Source: Dehalococcoidia bacterium (GTDB lineage: Bacteria > Chloroflexota > Dehalococcoidia > E44-bin15). From it: a stretch of DNA of 40,603 nucleotides. The notes beneath the pieces are model-generated. The model was not told the origin of the DNA. It saw only the letters and a list, made by a program, of their open reading frames with translations, and ran no database searches. Positions 1 to 14,970 of this stretch are shown piece by piece. Numbering within the stretch: the stretch's first letter is position 1; every line of letters starts with the position of its first letter. Where the stretch lies: contig JACUUT010000002.1 in NCBI GenBank assembly GCA_014859165.1, forward strand, positions 1 through 40,603. The letters are read 5' to 3'. The translations under genes and the position numbers were made by a program.

Positions 1-1
1 C

Positions 2-577
2 GATTTTGGCGGCGTCTCATTTAGAGGCTGGGGGGTGGCGGGCCGTTTAACGAGCCCGCCCTCGCAGAGCGGGGCGGGAGCATATCTCTTGCTAACACCA
101 GGGCATTCCCTCGACTCTGTATCTATCTACCTGAAGGGCGAAAAAGCGATCTTCACCGGCGATCTGCTGTGGTATGTGAATCCCAATGCGCTTGAGGGAA
201 GCATCGAGACCTTGCTTCAGAGCACCGCCAAGTTGAAACGCCTGGTGAGGGAAGAGGGGATCGCCTACCTGGGAGAAGGGCATTTCCAGCCCATTTTGGG
301 CCGAGAGAATATCCTCGATTATATTTCGGAATATGAGGAGAAGGAAAAAACCCTCGCCTCCTGCATCCGGGAGGCAATAGCAGGTAGAGACAGGGTGAGT
401 GGGGACTATTTACTGGAGAAACTGAGGGAGAGCGACCACCCGGCGATAAAGGAAGCGCTGCGAATCAACTACCCCTATTACCCCAGCTACCTCCACAGGT
501 TCACCCGTGTTTTCCTGCGGGAGAAGGGATGGCATCAGGTGGAGAAGGGAGCTGGCGGAACCTGGGAGCGCTCTTAA
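2..577 (+). CDS. MBL-fold metallo-hydrolase, C-terminal part (5' end outside window)
   Basis: The frame is open from the window edge, and the listed ORF 35..577 starts at an internal GTG. LLLTPGHSLDS...IFTGDLL resembles the metallo-beta-lactamase fold His motif region. Confidence 0.55.
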   Translation, partial: DFGGVSFRGWGVAGRLTSPPSQSGAGAYLLLTPGHSLDSVSIYLKGEKAIFTGDLLWYVNPNALEGSIETLLQSTAKLKRLVREEGIAYLGEGHFQPILGRENILDYISEYEEKEKTLASCIREAIAGRDRVSGDYLLEKLRESDHPAIKEALRINYPYYPSYLHRFTRVFLREKGWHQVEKGAGGTWERS

Positions 578-613
578 TCAGGGCGAGAGGCACCGCTGAC
601 AGTGCCATCTACT

Positions 614-1909
<1,296 letters not shown>

Positions 1910-2007
1910 TCACAGTATACCAAATAGGACGCTTTTTGATAAGGGAGAGAAAGGGAGTGTGGGAGACACCGAATTTACTGTTATAAAAAGAAGAGATATT
2001 CTCCATA

Positions 2008-2037
2008 TTGACAATTAGCTACAAGATAATGTATATT
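2008..2037 (+). promoter_or_regulatory. candidate sigma70-type promoter for the tRNA-tuf cluster
   Basis: TTGACA (2008-2013), 18-nt spacer, TATATT (2032-2037), about 50 nt upstream of tRNA-Thr. Confidence 0.4.
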
Positions 2038-2085
2038 CTCTTGGAATAGTTCCTATTTAAAAAAAGAAGGCCCAGCTCGAAAAGG

Positions 2086-2157
2086 GCCCGAGTGGCGCAA
2101 TGGTAGCGCAACCGACTTGTAATCGGTAGGGTAGCGGTTCGAATCCGCTCTCGGGCT
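2086..2157 (+). tRNA. tRNA-Thr (anticodon TGT)
   Basis: Acceptor stem GCCCGAG/CTCGGGC, T-arm AGCGG-TTCGAAT-CCGCT, anticodon loop CT-TGT-AA. No encoded CCA. Confidence 0.9.
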
Positions 2158-2257
2158 GGGGTTTTCTCGTCCTGTGTGATATACTTTGCTTCTTTGAGGC
2201 TAGTTTTTGTAAAGTAGGTCCAGGGTTTATTCTAAAGTAGCGTAAAGCCCGAAAAGA

Positions 2258-2340
2258 GGCGGGGTGGGTGAGTGGCTAATACCAGCAGACTGTAAATCTG
2301 CCGCCGCGAGGCTTCGTAGGTTCGAATCCTGCCCCCGCCA
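2258..2340 (+). tRNA. tRNA-Tyr (anticodon GTA)
   Basis: Acceptor GGCGGGG/CCCCGCC, long variable arm, anticodon loop CT-GTA-AA, T-loop TTCGAAT. Confidence 0.9.
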
Positions 2341-2454
2341 CTTTTTCCCCGATATATCGGGGGCAATATAAGAAGGGGCGATGCCCTTCCACTGAAGGGT
2401 AAAGCAAGCTTCCAAGTAGTAAAGCATATCGAATAGGACGAAAATTCGAAAAAG

Positions 2455-2526
2455 GCCCACATAGCTCAGTGGTAGAGCACGCCCTTGGTAAGGGCGGGGT
2501 CGCCAGTTCAAATCTGGCTGTGGGCT
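2455..2526 (+). tRNA. tRNA-Thr (anticodon GGT)
   Basis: Acceptor GCCCACA/TGTGGGC, D-arm TAGCTCAGTGGTAGAGC, anticodon loop TT-GGT-AA, T-loop TTCAAAT. Confidence 0.9.
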
Positions 2527-2542
2527 TAAATTAGGAGGGAAA

Positions 2543-3745
2543 ATGGCAAAGAAAGTCTTTGAGAGAAAAAAGCCCCACTGCAATGTGGGCACCATCGGCC
2601 ACGTGGACCACGGCAAGACCACGCTGACATCGGCGATGACCAAGCTCCTGTCTCAGGCGGGCCCTACACAATATCGCTCCTTTGACTCCATCGATAACGC
2701 CCCTGAGGAGAAGGCGAGGGGACTCACTATCGCCATCTCTCATATTGAGTATGAGACGGATAAGCGCCACTATGCCCATATCGATTGCCCCGGTCATGCT
2801 GACTATATCAAGAACATGATCACCGGGGCAGCGCAGATGGATGGTGCAATACTGGTGATCGCTGCCGACGATGGGGTGATGCCTCAGACCAGGGAGCACC
2901 TCCTGCTGGCGCGTCAGGTGGAGGTGCCCTATATAGTAGCCTGCCTGAACAAGGTAGACCTGGTTGATGATGAGGAGCTATTGGAGGTGACCGAGCTAGA
3001 GCTAAGGGAGGAGCTGTTCCCCAAATACGGCTTCCCCGGCGGGGAGATTCCCATAGTGCGGGTGAGTGCCCTTAAGGCTGGGGAGTGTGGCTGCGGCAAG
3101 CGGGAGTGTCAGTGGTGCGGCCCTATTTGGAAGCTATTGGATGCCATAGATGACTACATCCCAACTCCAGAGCGTCACAAGGAGAAGCCCTTCCTCATGC
3201 CCGTCGAGGACGTCTTCAGCATCAAGGGGCGGGGGACGGTAGCCACCGGCAGGGTGGAGCGCGGCGTGGTCAAGCCCGGAGATGAGGTGGACATCGTGGG
3301 CATAAAAGAAATGCGGCGGACAGTGGTAACCAGCGTTGAGATGTTCCACAAGATCCTGGGCGAGGGGGAGCCCGGGGATGCCATCGGTTGCCTCCTTAGG
3401 GGGATAGAAAGGGAGGAGGTGCAGCGGGGCATGGTATTGGCGGCTAAGGGGTCGATCAAGCCTCATACCGAGGCCGAAGCCCAGGTATATGTGCTCACAA
3501 AGGAGGAGGGGGGCAGACATACCCCATTCTTCAGCGGCTACAAGCCCCAATTCTACATCAGAACCACTGATGTCACCGGGAGCATCCACTTGCCCGAGGG
3601 GGTGGAGATGGTGCTGCCCGGCGATAACGTAAGGACGAGGGTGAAGCTCATCGAGCCTGTGGCTCTAGAGGAGGGGCTTAGATTTGCTATCAGGGAAGGG
3701 GGCAAGACCGTCGGGGCTGGTGTGTTCACCTCGACCCTGGATTAG
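2543..3745 (+). CDS. tuf: translation elongation factor Tu
   Basis: 400 aa with [18 protein letters not shown] and NKVD GTPase motifs. SD AGGAGGG precedes the ATG. Confidence 0.97.
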   Translation: MAKKVFERKKPHCNVGTIGHVDHGKTTLTSAMTKLLSQAGPTQYRSFDSIDNAPEEKARGLTIAISHIEYETDKRHYAHIDCPGHADYIKNMITGAAQMDGAILVIAADDGVMPQTREHLLLARQVEVPYIVACLNKVDLVDDEELLEVTELELREELFPKYGFPGGEIPIVRVSALKAGECGCGKRECQWCGPIWKLLDAIDDYIPTPERHKEKPFLMPVEDVFSIKGRGTVATGRVERGVVKPGDEVDIVGIKEMRRTVVTSVEMFHKILGEGEPGDAIGCLLRGIEREEVQRGMVLAAKGSIKPHTEAEAQVYVLTKEEGGRHTPFFSGYKPQFYIRTTDVTGSIHLPEGVEMVLPGDNVRTRVKLIEPVALEEGLRFAIREGGKTVGAGVFTSTLD

Positions 3746-3753
3746 GGGGTTAA

Positions 3754-3921
3754 TTGGCGAAGAAGGGAAGCCCCAGGATTATCATTCATCTTGCTTGCAC
3801 CGAGTGCAAGGATAGAACATATACCACAACGAAGAATAGAAAGAACGACCCGGAGCGACTGGAGATCAGCAAGTATTGCCCTCGCTGTCGAACCCACAGG
3901 CTCTATCGAGAGGTGAGGTAG
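3754..3921 (+). CDS. rpmG: 50S ribosomal protein L33
   Basis: Not in the ORF track (55 aa, TTG start). My translation is [54 protein letters not shown], with the CxxC...CxxC pattern of L33. It sits in the conserved position between tuf and secE, with a GGGGG SD-like run upstream. Confidence 0.85.
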   Translation: MAKKGSPRIIIHLACTECKDRTYTTTKNRKNDPERLEISKYCPRCRTHRLYREVR

Positions 3922-3922
3922 G

Positions 3923-4141
3923 ATGAGAAGGGAGGCCGTGACGGGAAGGTCAGTCATCTCTAGGCTTCGTGGCTATATCGGTGAGATCATATCTGAGCTC
4001 AGGAAGGTGGTCTGGCCTACCAGAGAGGAAACAAGACGGCTAACCCTGATGGTGATTGCTATTGCCCTTGCGGTTGGGCTTTTCCTCGGCGCCATCGATC
4101 TAGGTTTTACTCGTCTGGTTAATCTTCTTTTAGGAGGATGA
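3923..4141 (+). CDS. secE: preprotein translocase subunit SecE
   Basis: 72 aa with ELRKVVWPTREET followed by a single TM helix. Canonical position upstream of nusG. Confidence 0.85.
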   Translation: MRREAVTGRSVISRLRGYIGEIISELRKVVWPTREETRRLTLMVIAIALAVGLFLGAIDLGFTRLVNLLLGG

Positions 4142-4199
4142 AGAGTAGCGGGTCACCCCGATTCTATGGGAGGTTGTTTTGATTTTAGGGGAGAAGAGT

Positions 4200-4733
4200 A
4201 TGCAGGTGGATGAGCGGAAATGGTATGTGATCCATACCTATTCCGGATACGAGCAACGGGTTAAGACCAACTTGGAGCATCGCATCAAGTCTATGGATGC
4301 CGAGGATAAGATCTTCCAGGTGGTTATCCCCACCGAGAGCGAGATCGAGATCAAGGATGGGCAAAGACGAACCGTAGCCAAGAAGGTCTTCCCAGGCTAC
4401 ATCCTTGTTGAGATGGAGATGAACGATAAGAGCTGGGATGTGGTGCGCAATACCCCTGGGGTCACTGGTTTTGTGGGCGCCGGAATGAAGCCCGTTCCCC
4501 TTAAAGAGCAAGAGGTTAAAGCCATCTTCAACCAGATGCAGGCGGAGACGCCGCGCGTCAAGGTTGGTTTCAGAAAGGGGGAGAGCGTGCGCGTGGTCGA
4601 CGGCCCCTTTATCGATTTCATCGGTGTTGTCGATGAGATCAATGTGGCGAAAGGGAAGGTAAGGGTGCTCATCTCCTTCTTCGGGCGGGAGACACCTGTG
4701 GAGCTCGACTTCCTTCAGGTGGAAAGGCTCTAG
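4200..4733 (+). CDS. nusG: transcription termination/antitermination factor NusG
   Basis: KWYVIHTYSGYE NGN start and a C-terminal KOW (VRVVDGPF...G.V). I prefer the ATG at 4200, which has GGGGAGAAG upstream, over the track start 4179. Confidence 0.92.
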   Translation: MQVDERKWYVIHTYSGYEQRVKTNLEHRIKSMDAEDKIFQVVIPTESEIEIKDGQRRTVAKKVFPGYILVEMEMNDKSWDVVRNTPGVTGFVGAGMKPVPLKEQEVKAIFNQMQAETPRVKVGFRKGESVRVVDGPFIDFIGVVDEINVAKGKVRVLISFFGRETPVELDFLQVERL

Positions 4734-4799
4734 ATGGGAACCCCGGATAAATACATTTTCGTTAATGGCCCTCGGGGTTCATGAAAGCGAGGGGTAGGA

Positions 4800-5222
4800 T
4801 TGGCAAAGAAGATTAAGGCGGTTATTAAGCTTCAGCTCCCCGCGGGGCAGGCAAGCCCCGCCCCTCCCGTGGGTCCTATTCTGGGGCAGCATGGATGCAA
4901 TATCATGGCCTTTTGCAAGGATTATAACGAGCGCACTGCATCCCAAGCGGGCTCCATCGTTCCTGCCGAGATCACAATATATGAGGATCACTCCTTTACC
5001 TTTGTTCTCAAGAACCCGCCCGTTGCCGACCTGCTGCGGAAGGCGCTTAATGTGGAGAAGGGGAGCAGCATACCAAACCTGCAAAAGATCGGCAAGCTCC
5101 CCCCTGAGAAGATCCGCGACATCGCCCAGCTTAAGATGAAGGACCTTAATGCTGCCGACATCGAGGGGGCGATGAGGATGGTCGAGGGGACGGCGAAAAG
5201 CATGGGGATTGAGGTGGGATAA
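4800..5222 (+). CDS. rplK: 50S ribosomal protein L11
   Basis: [32 protein letters not shown] is canonical L11. TTG start. Confidence 0.95.
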   Translation: MAKKIKAVIKLQLPAGQASPAPPVGPILGQHGCNIMAFCKDYNERTASQAGSIVPAEITIYEDHSFTFVLKNPPVADLLRKALNVEKGSSIPNLQKIGKLPPEKIRDIAQLKMKDLNAADIEGAMRMVEGTAKSMGIEVG

Positions 5223-5935
5223 TGGCGAAGCATGGTAAGGGGTATCAAGAGGCTGCTAAACTGGTGGATCGCACCAGGGAGTATGACCCCAAGGAGGCCA
5301 TCAAGCTGGCAAAGCAGGCAGCCTATGCTAATTTCGATGAGACCATGGAGCTCCACCTCCATATGGGTCTTGACCCCAGTCATGCCGACCAGCAGGTGAG
5401 GGGAGTCGCCAACCTCCCTCAGGGGCTGGGCAAGAGGGTGAAGGTCCTCGTTTTCACCCAGGGGGAGGCGGTGAGAGTCGCTGCGGAGGCTGGGGCCGAT
5501 CATGTGGGCAGCGATGACCTGGTGACGAGGATCGAGGAGGGCTGGCTCGATTTCGATGTTGCTATTGCCACCCCAGATGTAATGGGCAAGGTCTCGAAGC
5601 TGGGTAAGATCCTTGGTCGCCGTGGGCTGATGCCCAACCCGAAATCGGGGACCATCGTCCCCCCCCAGGACCTACCTCGGGCAATCAGCGATGCCCGAAA
5701 GGGGCGTGTGGATTTTAGAATGGACAAGACAGCGGTCATTCATCTCCCCGTGGGAAAGCTTAGCTTTGATGATGATAAATTGGTGGAGAACCTGGCCGCA
5801 CTGATCGAGACGGTGATGAGAGCCAAGCCCAGTGGCGCTAGGGGGCAATATATCAAGAGCGCTACCCTGACTACATCCATGGGGCCAGGGATCAAGCTTG
5901 ACCTTCAGCCCACGCTCGCTCTGACCACCGCTTAG
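5222..5935 (+). CDS. rplA: 50S ribosomal protein L1
   Basis: 237 aa, L1-like, with a TAATG overlap with rplK. Confidence 0.95.
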   Translation: MAKHGKGYQEAAKLVDRTREYDPKEAIKLAKQAAYANFDETMELHLHMGLDPSHADQQVRGVANLPQGLGKRVKVLVFTQGEAVRVAAEAGADHVGSDDLVTRIEEGWLDFDVAIATPDVMGKVSKLGKILGRRGLMPNPKSGTIVPPQDLPRAISDARKGRVDFRMDKTAVIHLPVGKLSFDDDKLVENLAALIETVMRAKPSGARGQYIKSATLTTSMGPGIKLDLQPTLALTTA

Positions 5936-6035
5936 CAAGCCGTGAAAATAGATGCGATAACTGTGCCGTAGACGCCGGCGCCCAAAGGGCTTAAAGATTG
6001 CCTGCTGAGGCGACAATGGGGAGAAACCTTTGGAG

Positions 6036-6067
6036 AGTCCTTGTGTCTAGGGCGCAAGGACTTTTTT
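6036..6067 (+). terminator. intrinsic terminator/attenuator hairpin in the rplA-rplJ spacer (L10-leader region)
   Basis: AGTCCTTG (6036-6043) pairs with CAAGGACT (6055-6062). An 11-nt loop separates the arms, and the stem runs into a T6 tract (6062-6067). Confidence 0.55.
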
Positions 6068-6162
6068 CGTTCTTTTCGAACGCCTTTTTACCAAGATGCG
6101 CCTCTGCCAAATTGCGGAGGAGAGGATAAAGCATTTTTATAGTGCAAAATTTGGAGGTGAGT

Positions 6163-6693
6163 ATGCGGCGGGATGAGAAGAAGGAGGCAGTCAGAGAGCT
6201 TGCGGAGAAGCTTGAGCGGTGCAATATCGCTATCACCACCGACTATCGCGGGCTATCGGTGGCTGAGATGACCGAACTTCGGCGCAGGCTACGCCAAGGA
6301 GAGATCGAATACCGTGTGATCAAGAACACCCTGGCTCGTTTTGCTGCGGAGCAGGCGGGCAAGGAGGGGCTCGCTACCATTATCGAGGGTCCTACAGCGA
6401 TCGCCTTCGGCTATGGCGATACCGCCGCCCCCGCCAAGGCATTGGTCGATTACATTCGTTCCTCTAAGGGGGCGCTCCAGATCAGGGGGGGGCTTCTTGA
6501 CCGGCGGGTGCTTAGCGCATCTGAGGTAACAACCCTGGCTACCTTGCCCCCCAGGGATGAATTGATTGCCAAGCTACTAGCTGAGATGCAGGGAACCATC
6601 TTCAGCTTGGTCAATGTGCTTAATGCAAACATAACAGGTTTTCTTGGCATATTAAACGCTCGCATAAAACAACTAGGAGGAAGAGATGGCTAA
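6163..6693 (+). CDS. rplJ: 50S ribosomal protein L10
   Basis: [10 protein letters not shown]...[19 protein letters not shown]...VIKNTL. ATG 6163 is preceded by GGAGGTG, and I regard the track start 6142 as a 5' over-extension. Confidence 0.93.
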   Translation: MRRDEKKEAVRELAEKLERCNIAITTDYRGLSVAEMTELRRRLRQGEIEYRVIKNTLARFAAEQAGKEGLATIIEGPTAIAFGYGDTAAPAKALVDYIRSSKGALQIRGGLLDRRVLSASEVTTLATLPPRDELIAKLLAEMQGTIFSLVNVLNANITGFLGILNARIKQLGGRDG

Positions 6694-7144
6694 TCAAAAA
6701 GGGGTGAAAAAGGGAGAGGTTGCCAAGAGGGCAGCTCCCAAACGCACTGCTGTCAAGGAAAGAGGGACGCTGACCAAGGCTGAGCTCATCGCTGCCATCA
6801 AGAATATGACCGTGCTCGAGCTTAGCGAGCTGGTCAAGGCGCTGGAGGCGGAGTTCGGCGTCAGCGCTGCCGCTCCGGTGGCGGTAGCCTCGGCACCCGC
6901 TACTGAAGGTGCTGCTCCCGAGGTGGAGGAGAAGACGGAATTCACCGTGATCCTTAAGGAGGTCGGCGCCAACAAGATCAATGTGATCAAGACAGTGCGG
7001 GAACTAACCGGCCTCGGGCTTAAAGAGTCGAAGGATTTGGTGGAGCGCGCTCCCACGACGGTGAAGGAAGGCATCACTAAGGAGGAGACAGCGACACTGA
7101 AGGAGAAGCTGGAGGCAGCAGGAGCCACCATTGAGGTCAAATAG
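6686..7144 (+). CDS. rplL: 50S ribosomal protein L7/L12, with a basic N-terminal extension
   Basis: Core [31 protein letters not shown]...A/P hinge...C-terminal domain [17 protein letters not shown] 6686 has a GGAGGAAGAG SD and overlaps rplJ by 8 nt. Confidence 0.9.
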   Translation: MANQKGVKKGEVAKRAAPKRTAVKERGTLTKAELIAAIKNMTVLELSELVKALEAEFGVSAAAPVAVASAPATEGAAPEVEEKTEFTVILKEVGANKINVIKTVRELTGLGLKESKDLVERAPTTVKEGITKEETATLKEKLEAAGATIEVK

Positions 7145-7856
7145 CTCCAAGAATCAAGCCAGGGTAGAATATCACCCTAGGATCAAGGAGCTACCCATCC
7201 ACGAGCGCCCCAGAGAGCGACTCCGGGAGAGCGGTTCGGGCTCACTCTCAAACAGCGAACTCCTGGCGATCATCCTTCGCACCGGCAGCGCTTCGGAGAA
7301 TGTGCTCAGCCTCGCCGCCAGGGTGCTCACAAGATTTGGTGGCCTTCCCGGTCTTGCCCGTGCGAGCTTTGGCGAGCTTTGCACCGAGAGGGATGTGGGC
7401 GAGGCAAAGGCCGCTCAGCTCAAGGCCGCTTTAGAGCTGGGGCGAAGGCTGGTCTCCACCCAGCCCGAGGAGCGAGCGGTGGTCCGCTCACCCCAGGACC
7501 TGGCTAACATCCTCATGGCTGAGATAAGCCTTCTGGATCAGGAGCACCTCAGGGTGGTGCTCCTCAACACCAAGAACCAGGTAATATCCATATCGGAGGT
7601 CTATAAAGGCAGTGTCAATACCTCGCTGATTCGCACCAGTGAGGTGTTTCGAGAGGCGGTGAGGGAGAACTGCCCGGCAATAATTGTGGTCCATAATCAC
7701 CCCTCAGGCGATCCCACCCCAAGCCTGGAGGATATTCAGGTCACCGAGCGGATTGTAGAAGCGGGGAAGATGCTTGACATCGAGGTTCTGGACCATCTCA
7801 TCATCGGCGAGCAGCGATTCGTGAGCCTGAAGGAGCGGGGGATAGGGTTTAAGTAG
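7131..7856 (+). CDS. radC: RadC-family JAB/MPN domain protein
   Basis: ERPRERL N-terminal motif, HhH-like region and [18 protein letters not shown] motif. TTG start overlaps the rplL 3' end. Confidence 0.85.
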   Translation: MRSNSSKNQARVEYHPRIKELPIHERPRERLRESGSGSLSNSELLAIILRTGSASENVLSLAARVLTRFGGLPGLARASFGELCTERDVGEAKAAQLKAALELGRRLVSTQPEERAVVRSPQDLANILMAEISLLDQEHLRVVLLNTKNQVISISEVYKGSVNTSLIRTSEVFREAVRENCPAIIVVHNHPSGDPTPSLEDIQVTERIVEAGKMLDIEVLDHLIIGEQRFVSLKERGIGFK

Positions 7857-7891
7857 AGATACACTAAAGCACCCCAAGCAGTTTGAAAGCA

Positions 7892-9859
7892 TCAAAGGGA
7901 GGCCCTTGAGTAGCTCCCCCGCTTGAATTCCTCAAAGGAAAGGTAATCCCCAGGGGAATAGGTCGCGCTCTTGACATATCGGGTGGGGCTGTATTCCTCA
8001 AGCTTAAGCGCTCTCCTCTTGGCATCGATATGAGCCAGCACCTTTTCCACGATCTTATGCCAGTCAGGCTCGAACTCCAGCCCGGCCCCTACCTTCTCCG
8101 TCCAGCCCTCATTGATCAACCTTGTTACCTCTTGGCTGCCCCCAACCGGCGAGCCGACACCGAATATGGTGTGAACACCGGAGGCCACGCAGTAGGCCCC
8201 AATGCAAAGGGCCTTCTCACTCATCCATTCCGGGGCAACACCCGCTACCGGCAGGTCGCTAATGTCCTCGCCGAGCCCGCCCTCGGTGGCACATTGGGTG
8301 AGGACGGTCAGGATTCGAGAATTATCCACACAGGAGCCCATATGCAAAACCGGCGGGATGCCTATCACCTGGCAGACCTCTCTGAGACCGGGGCCAGCAT
8401 AATCCATCACCTCCGGCGTCAGCAGACCCTGCTTGGCGCACGCAATGGCATTGCAACCTGTGGTCACCACTAGCACATCGTTGCGGATGAGCTCCTTCAC
8501 GATCTCTATATGGGGGTCGTCATGGGTTACCCTGGGGTTGTTGCAGCCAACAACGCCGGCGGCGCCTCGAATCCTTCCATTCATTATGTTATCGTTCAGG
8601 GGACGGAAGGACTCCCGATAGGTCCCTCCCTGCATATAGGCGATATACTCATGGGAGAAACCAGCCACCACATGGTCAACTATGTCTGGGATATATGCCC
8701 CTTTTCGATTGGGGTAGTTATCTATAGCCATCCTTACGATCTGCTTGGCTATCTCGTAGGCATTGTGATCCTCAAACTCGACGTGGGTGGCGCCGGTTAT
8801 CTTCACCTTTGGTGAGGTGGTGACGATCTTGGTGTGAAAGTGCTCCGCCACGCTTTGTAGCCCCTGCATGATGCACTGGTAGTCCACCACCACAAGCTCG
8901 ATCGCTCCAGTGGCGATAGCCAGGTCTGTTTGCAGCAGGTTTCCCACAATGGGTATTCCGTGGCGCACCAAGAGCTCATTGCCGCTGCAGCACATCCCCA
9001 TCAGGTTTATCCCCTCAGCCCCTTTGGACTTGGCATAATCGAGGAGTTCGGGGTCTGAGACTGCGACTACCAGCATCTCGGCTAGGGTAGGCTCATGGCC
9101 ATGAACCGAGATATTCACCTCGTTCTCTTTCAGGATGCCGAAATTGGACCTTGTGGCCACCGGAGCTAGGGTGCCGAAGAGGGCATCGCTGATGTCGGTG
9201 GCCAGCATCGAGCCACCCCAGCCATCGCTGAGGGCCACACGCAGCGACTGCAACATCAGATGCTCCGCATCCTGGTCAGTCCCCATGTTAGTGCGGTGCA
9301 TCGTCTCCACCACCTCGCGGTCGACGCCCCGCGGTGTGATGCCCAACTGGCGCCATATCTGTTGTCGCTTTACCGGGGCCCGCCTCACATATAGCAACTC
9401 ACCCTCCTGACGGCCGAACTCGCTCAGGGCCACCGTGCCCACATCCAGGGCAAGCTCCTCCGTGGTGCGCCCGTCTACAGGGACATTCAAAAACCGGGCG
9501 ATTTTCCTCAGCTTCTTCTCATCCTTTATCTTATAGTCCGGCGCCTTCCCCTGGGCCACCGCAAGCAGGGTGAAGGCCATATTGCGCCCGTGGTCGCCAT
9601 GGGCTGCTGCGCCGGCGGCGATGTGGCGCGCCAGATTCCTCGCCGACACTGTTTCCTTGGTCGCCCCACAGACCCCCACCGTAGTCTTGCCGGTGAGGCG
9701 GCAGGGGCCCATGAAGCAATTACTGCAGCAGTTCCCCTCGTGCCCAATGGGGCACGGCTTGGTGGTCTCCGCTCGTTTAAAGGCGGTGGAGATGCCCTCA
9801 GCCTCCGCCTTCGCCAGTATCTCGATTACCGCTGGGTCGATGGTTTTTCGCTCCGCCAT
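7892..9859 (-). CDS. cooS: anaerobic carbon-monoxide dehydrogenase catalytic subunit
   Basis: 655 aa. N-terminal [20 protein letters not shown]...GVCGA cluster-B/D motif and overall CooS/HCP-fold pattern. Confidence 0.88.
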   Translation of the reverse strand: MAERKTIDPAVIEILAKAEAEGISTAFKRAETTKPCPIGHEGNCCSNCFMGPCRLTGKTTVGVCGATKETVSARNLARHIAAGAAAHGDHGRNMAFTLLAVAQGKAPDYKIKDEKKLRKIARFLNVPVDGRTTEELALDVGTVALSEFGRQEGELLYVRRAPVKRQQIWRQLGITPRGVDREVVETMHRTNMGTDQDAEHLMLQSLRVALSDGWGGSMLATDISDALFGTLAPVATRSNFGILKENEVNISVHGHEPTLAEMLVVAVSDPELLDYAKSKGAEGINLMGMCCSGNELLVRHGIPIVGNLLQTDLAIATGAIELVVVDYQCIMQGLQSVAEHFHTKIVTTSPKVKITGATHVEFEDHNAYEIAKQIVRMAIDNYPNRKGAYIPDIVDHVVAGFSHEYIAYMQGGTYRESFRPLNDNIMNGRIRGAAGVVGCNNPRVTHDDPHIEIVKELIRNDVLVVTTGCNAIACAKQGLLTPEVMDYAGPGLREVCQVIGIPPVLHMGSCVDNSRILTVLTQCATEGGLGEDISDLPVAGVAPEWMSEKALCIGAYCVASGVHTIFGVGSPVGGSQEVTRLINEGWTEKVGAGLEFEPDWHKIVEKVLAHIDAKRRALKLEEYSPTRYVKSATYSPGDYLSFEEFKRGSYSRASL

Positions 9860-9956
9860 TTTTCTCCTTCTCTAGAACTTGTGGCAAATTTCACGATTCA
9901 TATTATAGCAATTTGCTGCTCGCTAAGTCAACTTTTTCGCCCTGCTTTTTATTTCC

Positions 9957-9985
9957 TTGAAGGGGTTTTAACTCGGTGTTATAAT
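9957..9985 (+). promoter_or_regulatory. near-consensus extended -10 promoter upstream of larB
   Basis: TTGAAG (9957-9962), 17-nt spacer, TGtTATAAT (9977-9985). Confidence 0.5.
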
Positions 9986-10012
9986 GCGTTCACAATAGAT
10001 GGGGGGACAGAG

Positions 10013-10752
10013 ATCGATACCGAGCGCCTGCATCAGTTACTGGCCGGGGTGAAGTCGGGGGAGGTGAGCATTGATGAGGCCCTCTCCCAGCTTGCTGTAT
10101 TGCCCTATGAGGATATTGGTTTCGCCAAGATCGATCATCATCGGGCGCTGCGTCGTGGCTTCCCGGAGGTTGTTTTTGGGCCGAGGAAAACGGCGGAGCA
10201 GGCTGCGGCGATCGTGGCGCGGCTCGCCTCCGGCGCCGATCGGGTGCTGGTAACTAAGGTGGCGGAGGAGTGCTTCGATGCGGTGCGCCAGCTTGTGCCC
10301 GATGCTGAGTATCATCCCATCGCCCGGGCGATCACCATAAATCGGGCAAAAGATACCCCCTCTCGTCCCGGGGTCATGGTGCTGAGCGGGGGTACCTCGG
10401 ACATCCCGATAGCTGAGGAGGCAGCGATCACTGCGGAACTAATGGGGAGTGCTGTGGTACGTTCCTATGATGTTGGTGTCGCCGGCGTTCACCGCCTTCT
10501 CGACCTTCTGCCCCAGCTCAGGCAGGCAAGGGTAGTGGTAGCGGTGGCCGGTATGGAGGGGGCTCTTCCCAGCGTGGTCGGTGGGCTGGTAGCGGTGCCT
10601 GTGATCGCCGTGCCCACCAGCGTGGGCTATGGAGCGAGCTTCGGGGGGTTAGCGGCACTCTTGACCATGCTTAATAGCTGCGCCGCAGGGGTATCGGTGG
10701 TTAATATCGATAATGGCTTCGGGGCAGGCTACCTGGCTGCCTTGATAAACCG

Positions 10753-10756
<4 letters not shown>
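10013..10756 (+). CDS. larB: nickel-pincer cofactor biosynthesis protein LarB (PurE-like carboxylase/hydrolase); start codon unresolved
   Basis: [29 protein letters not shown]...[11 protein letters not shown]...[12 protein letters not shown] matches the LarB family. The track ORF from 9590 is antisense to cooS and spans the promoter. In-frame canonical starts exist only at GTG 9881 and GTG 10049. ATC 10013, 5 nt after GGGGGGA, would give a 247-aa product. Confidence 0.75.
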
Positions 10757-14958
<4,202 letters not shown>

Positions 14959-14970
14959 CTCAACCCCTCC

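Noticed and set aside
2347-2362. Perfect 16-nt palindrome CCCCGATATATCGGGG after tRNA-Tyr
   Set aside because: No T-tract follows on either strand, so it is not a terminator call. It is probably a tRNA-processing or spacer hairpin and is too small to interpret.
2227-2643. 138-aa and 76-aa minus-strand ORFs across the tRNA-Tyr/tRNA-Thr region
   Set aside because: They are antisense translations of tRNA genes and spacers and overlap the tuf start. There is no SD and no coding logic.
9590-10012. N-terminal 140 codons of the 388-aa track ORF (larB frame)
   Set aside because: This stretch is antisense to the cooS 5' end and spans the intergenic promoter. LarB homology starts only near 10010.
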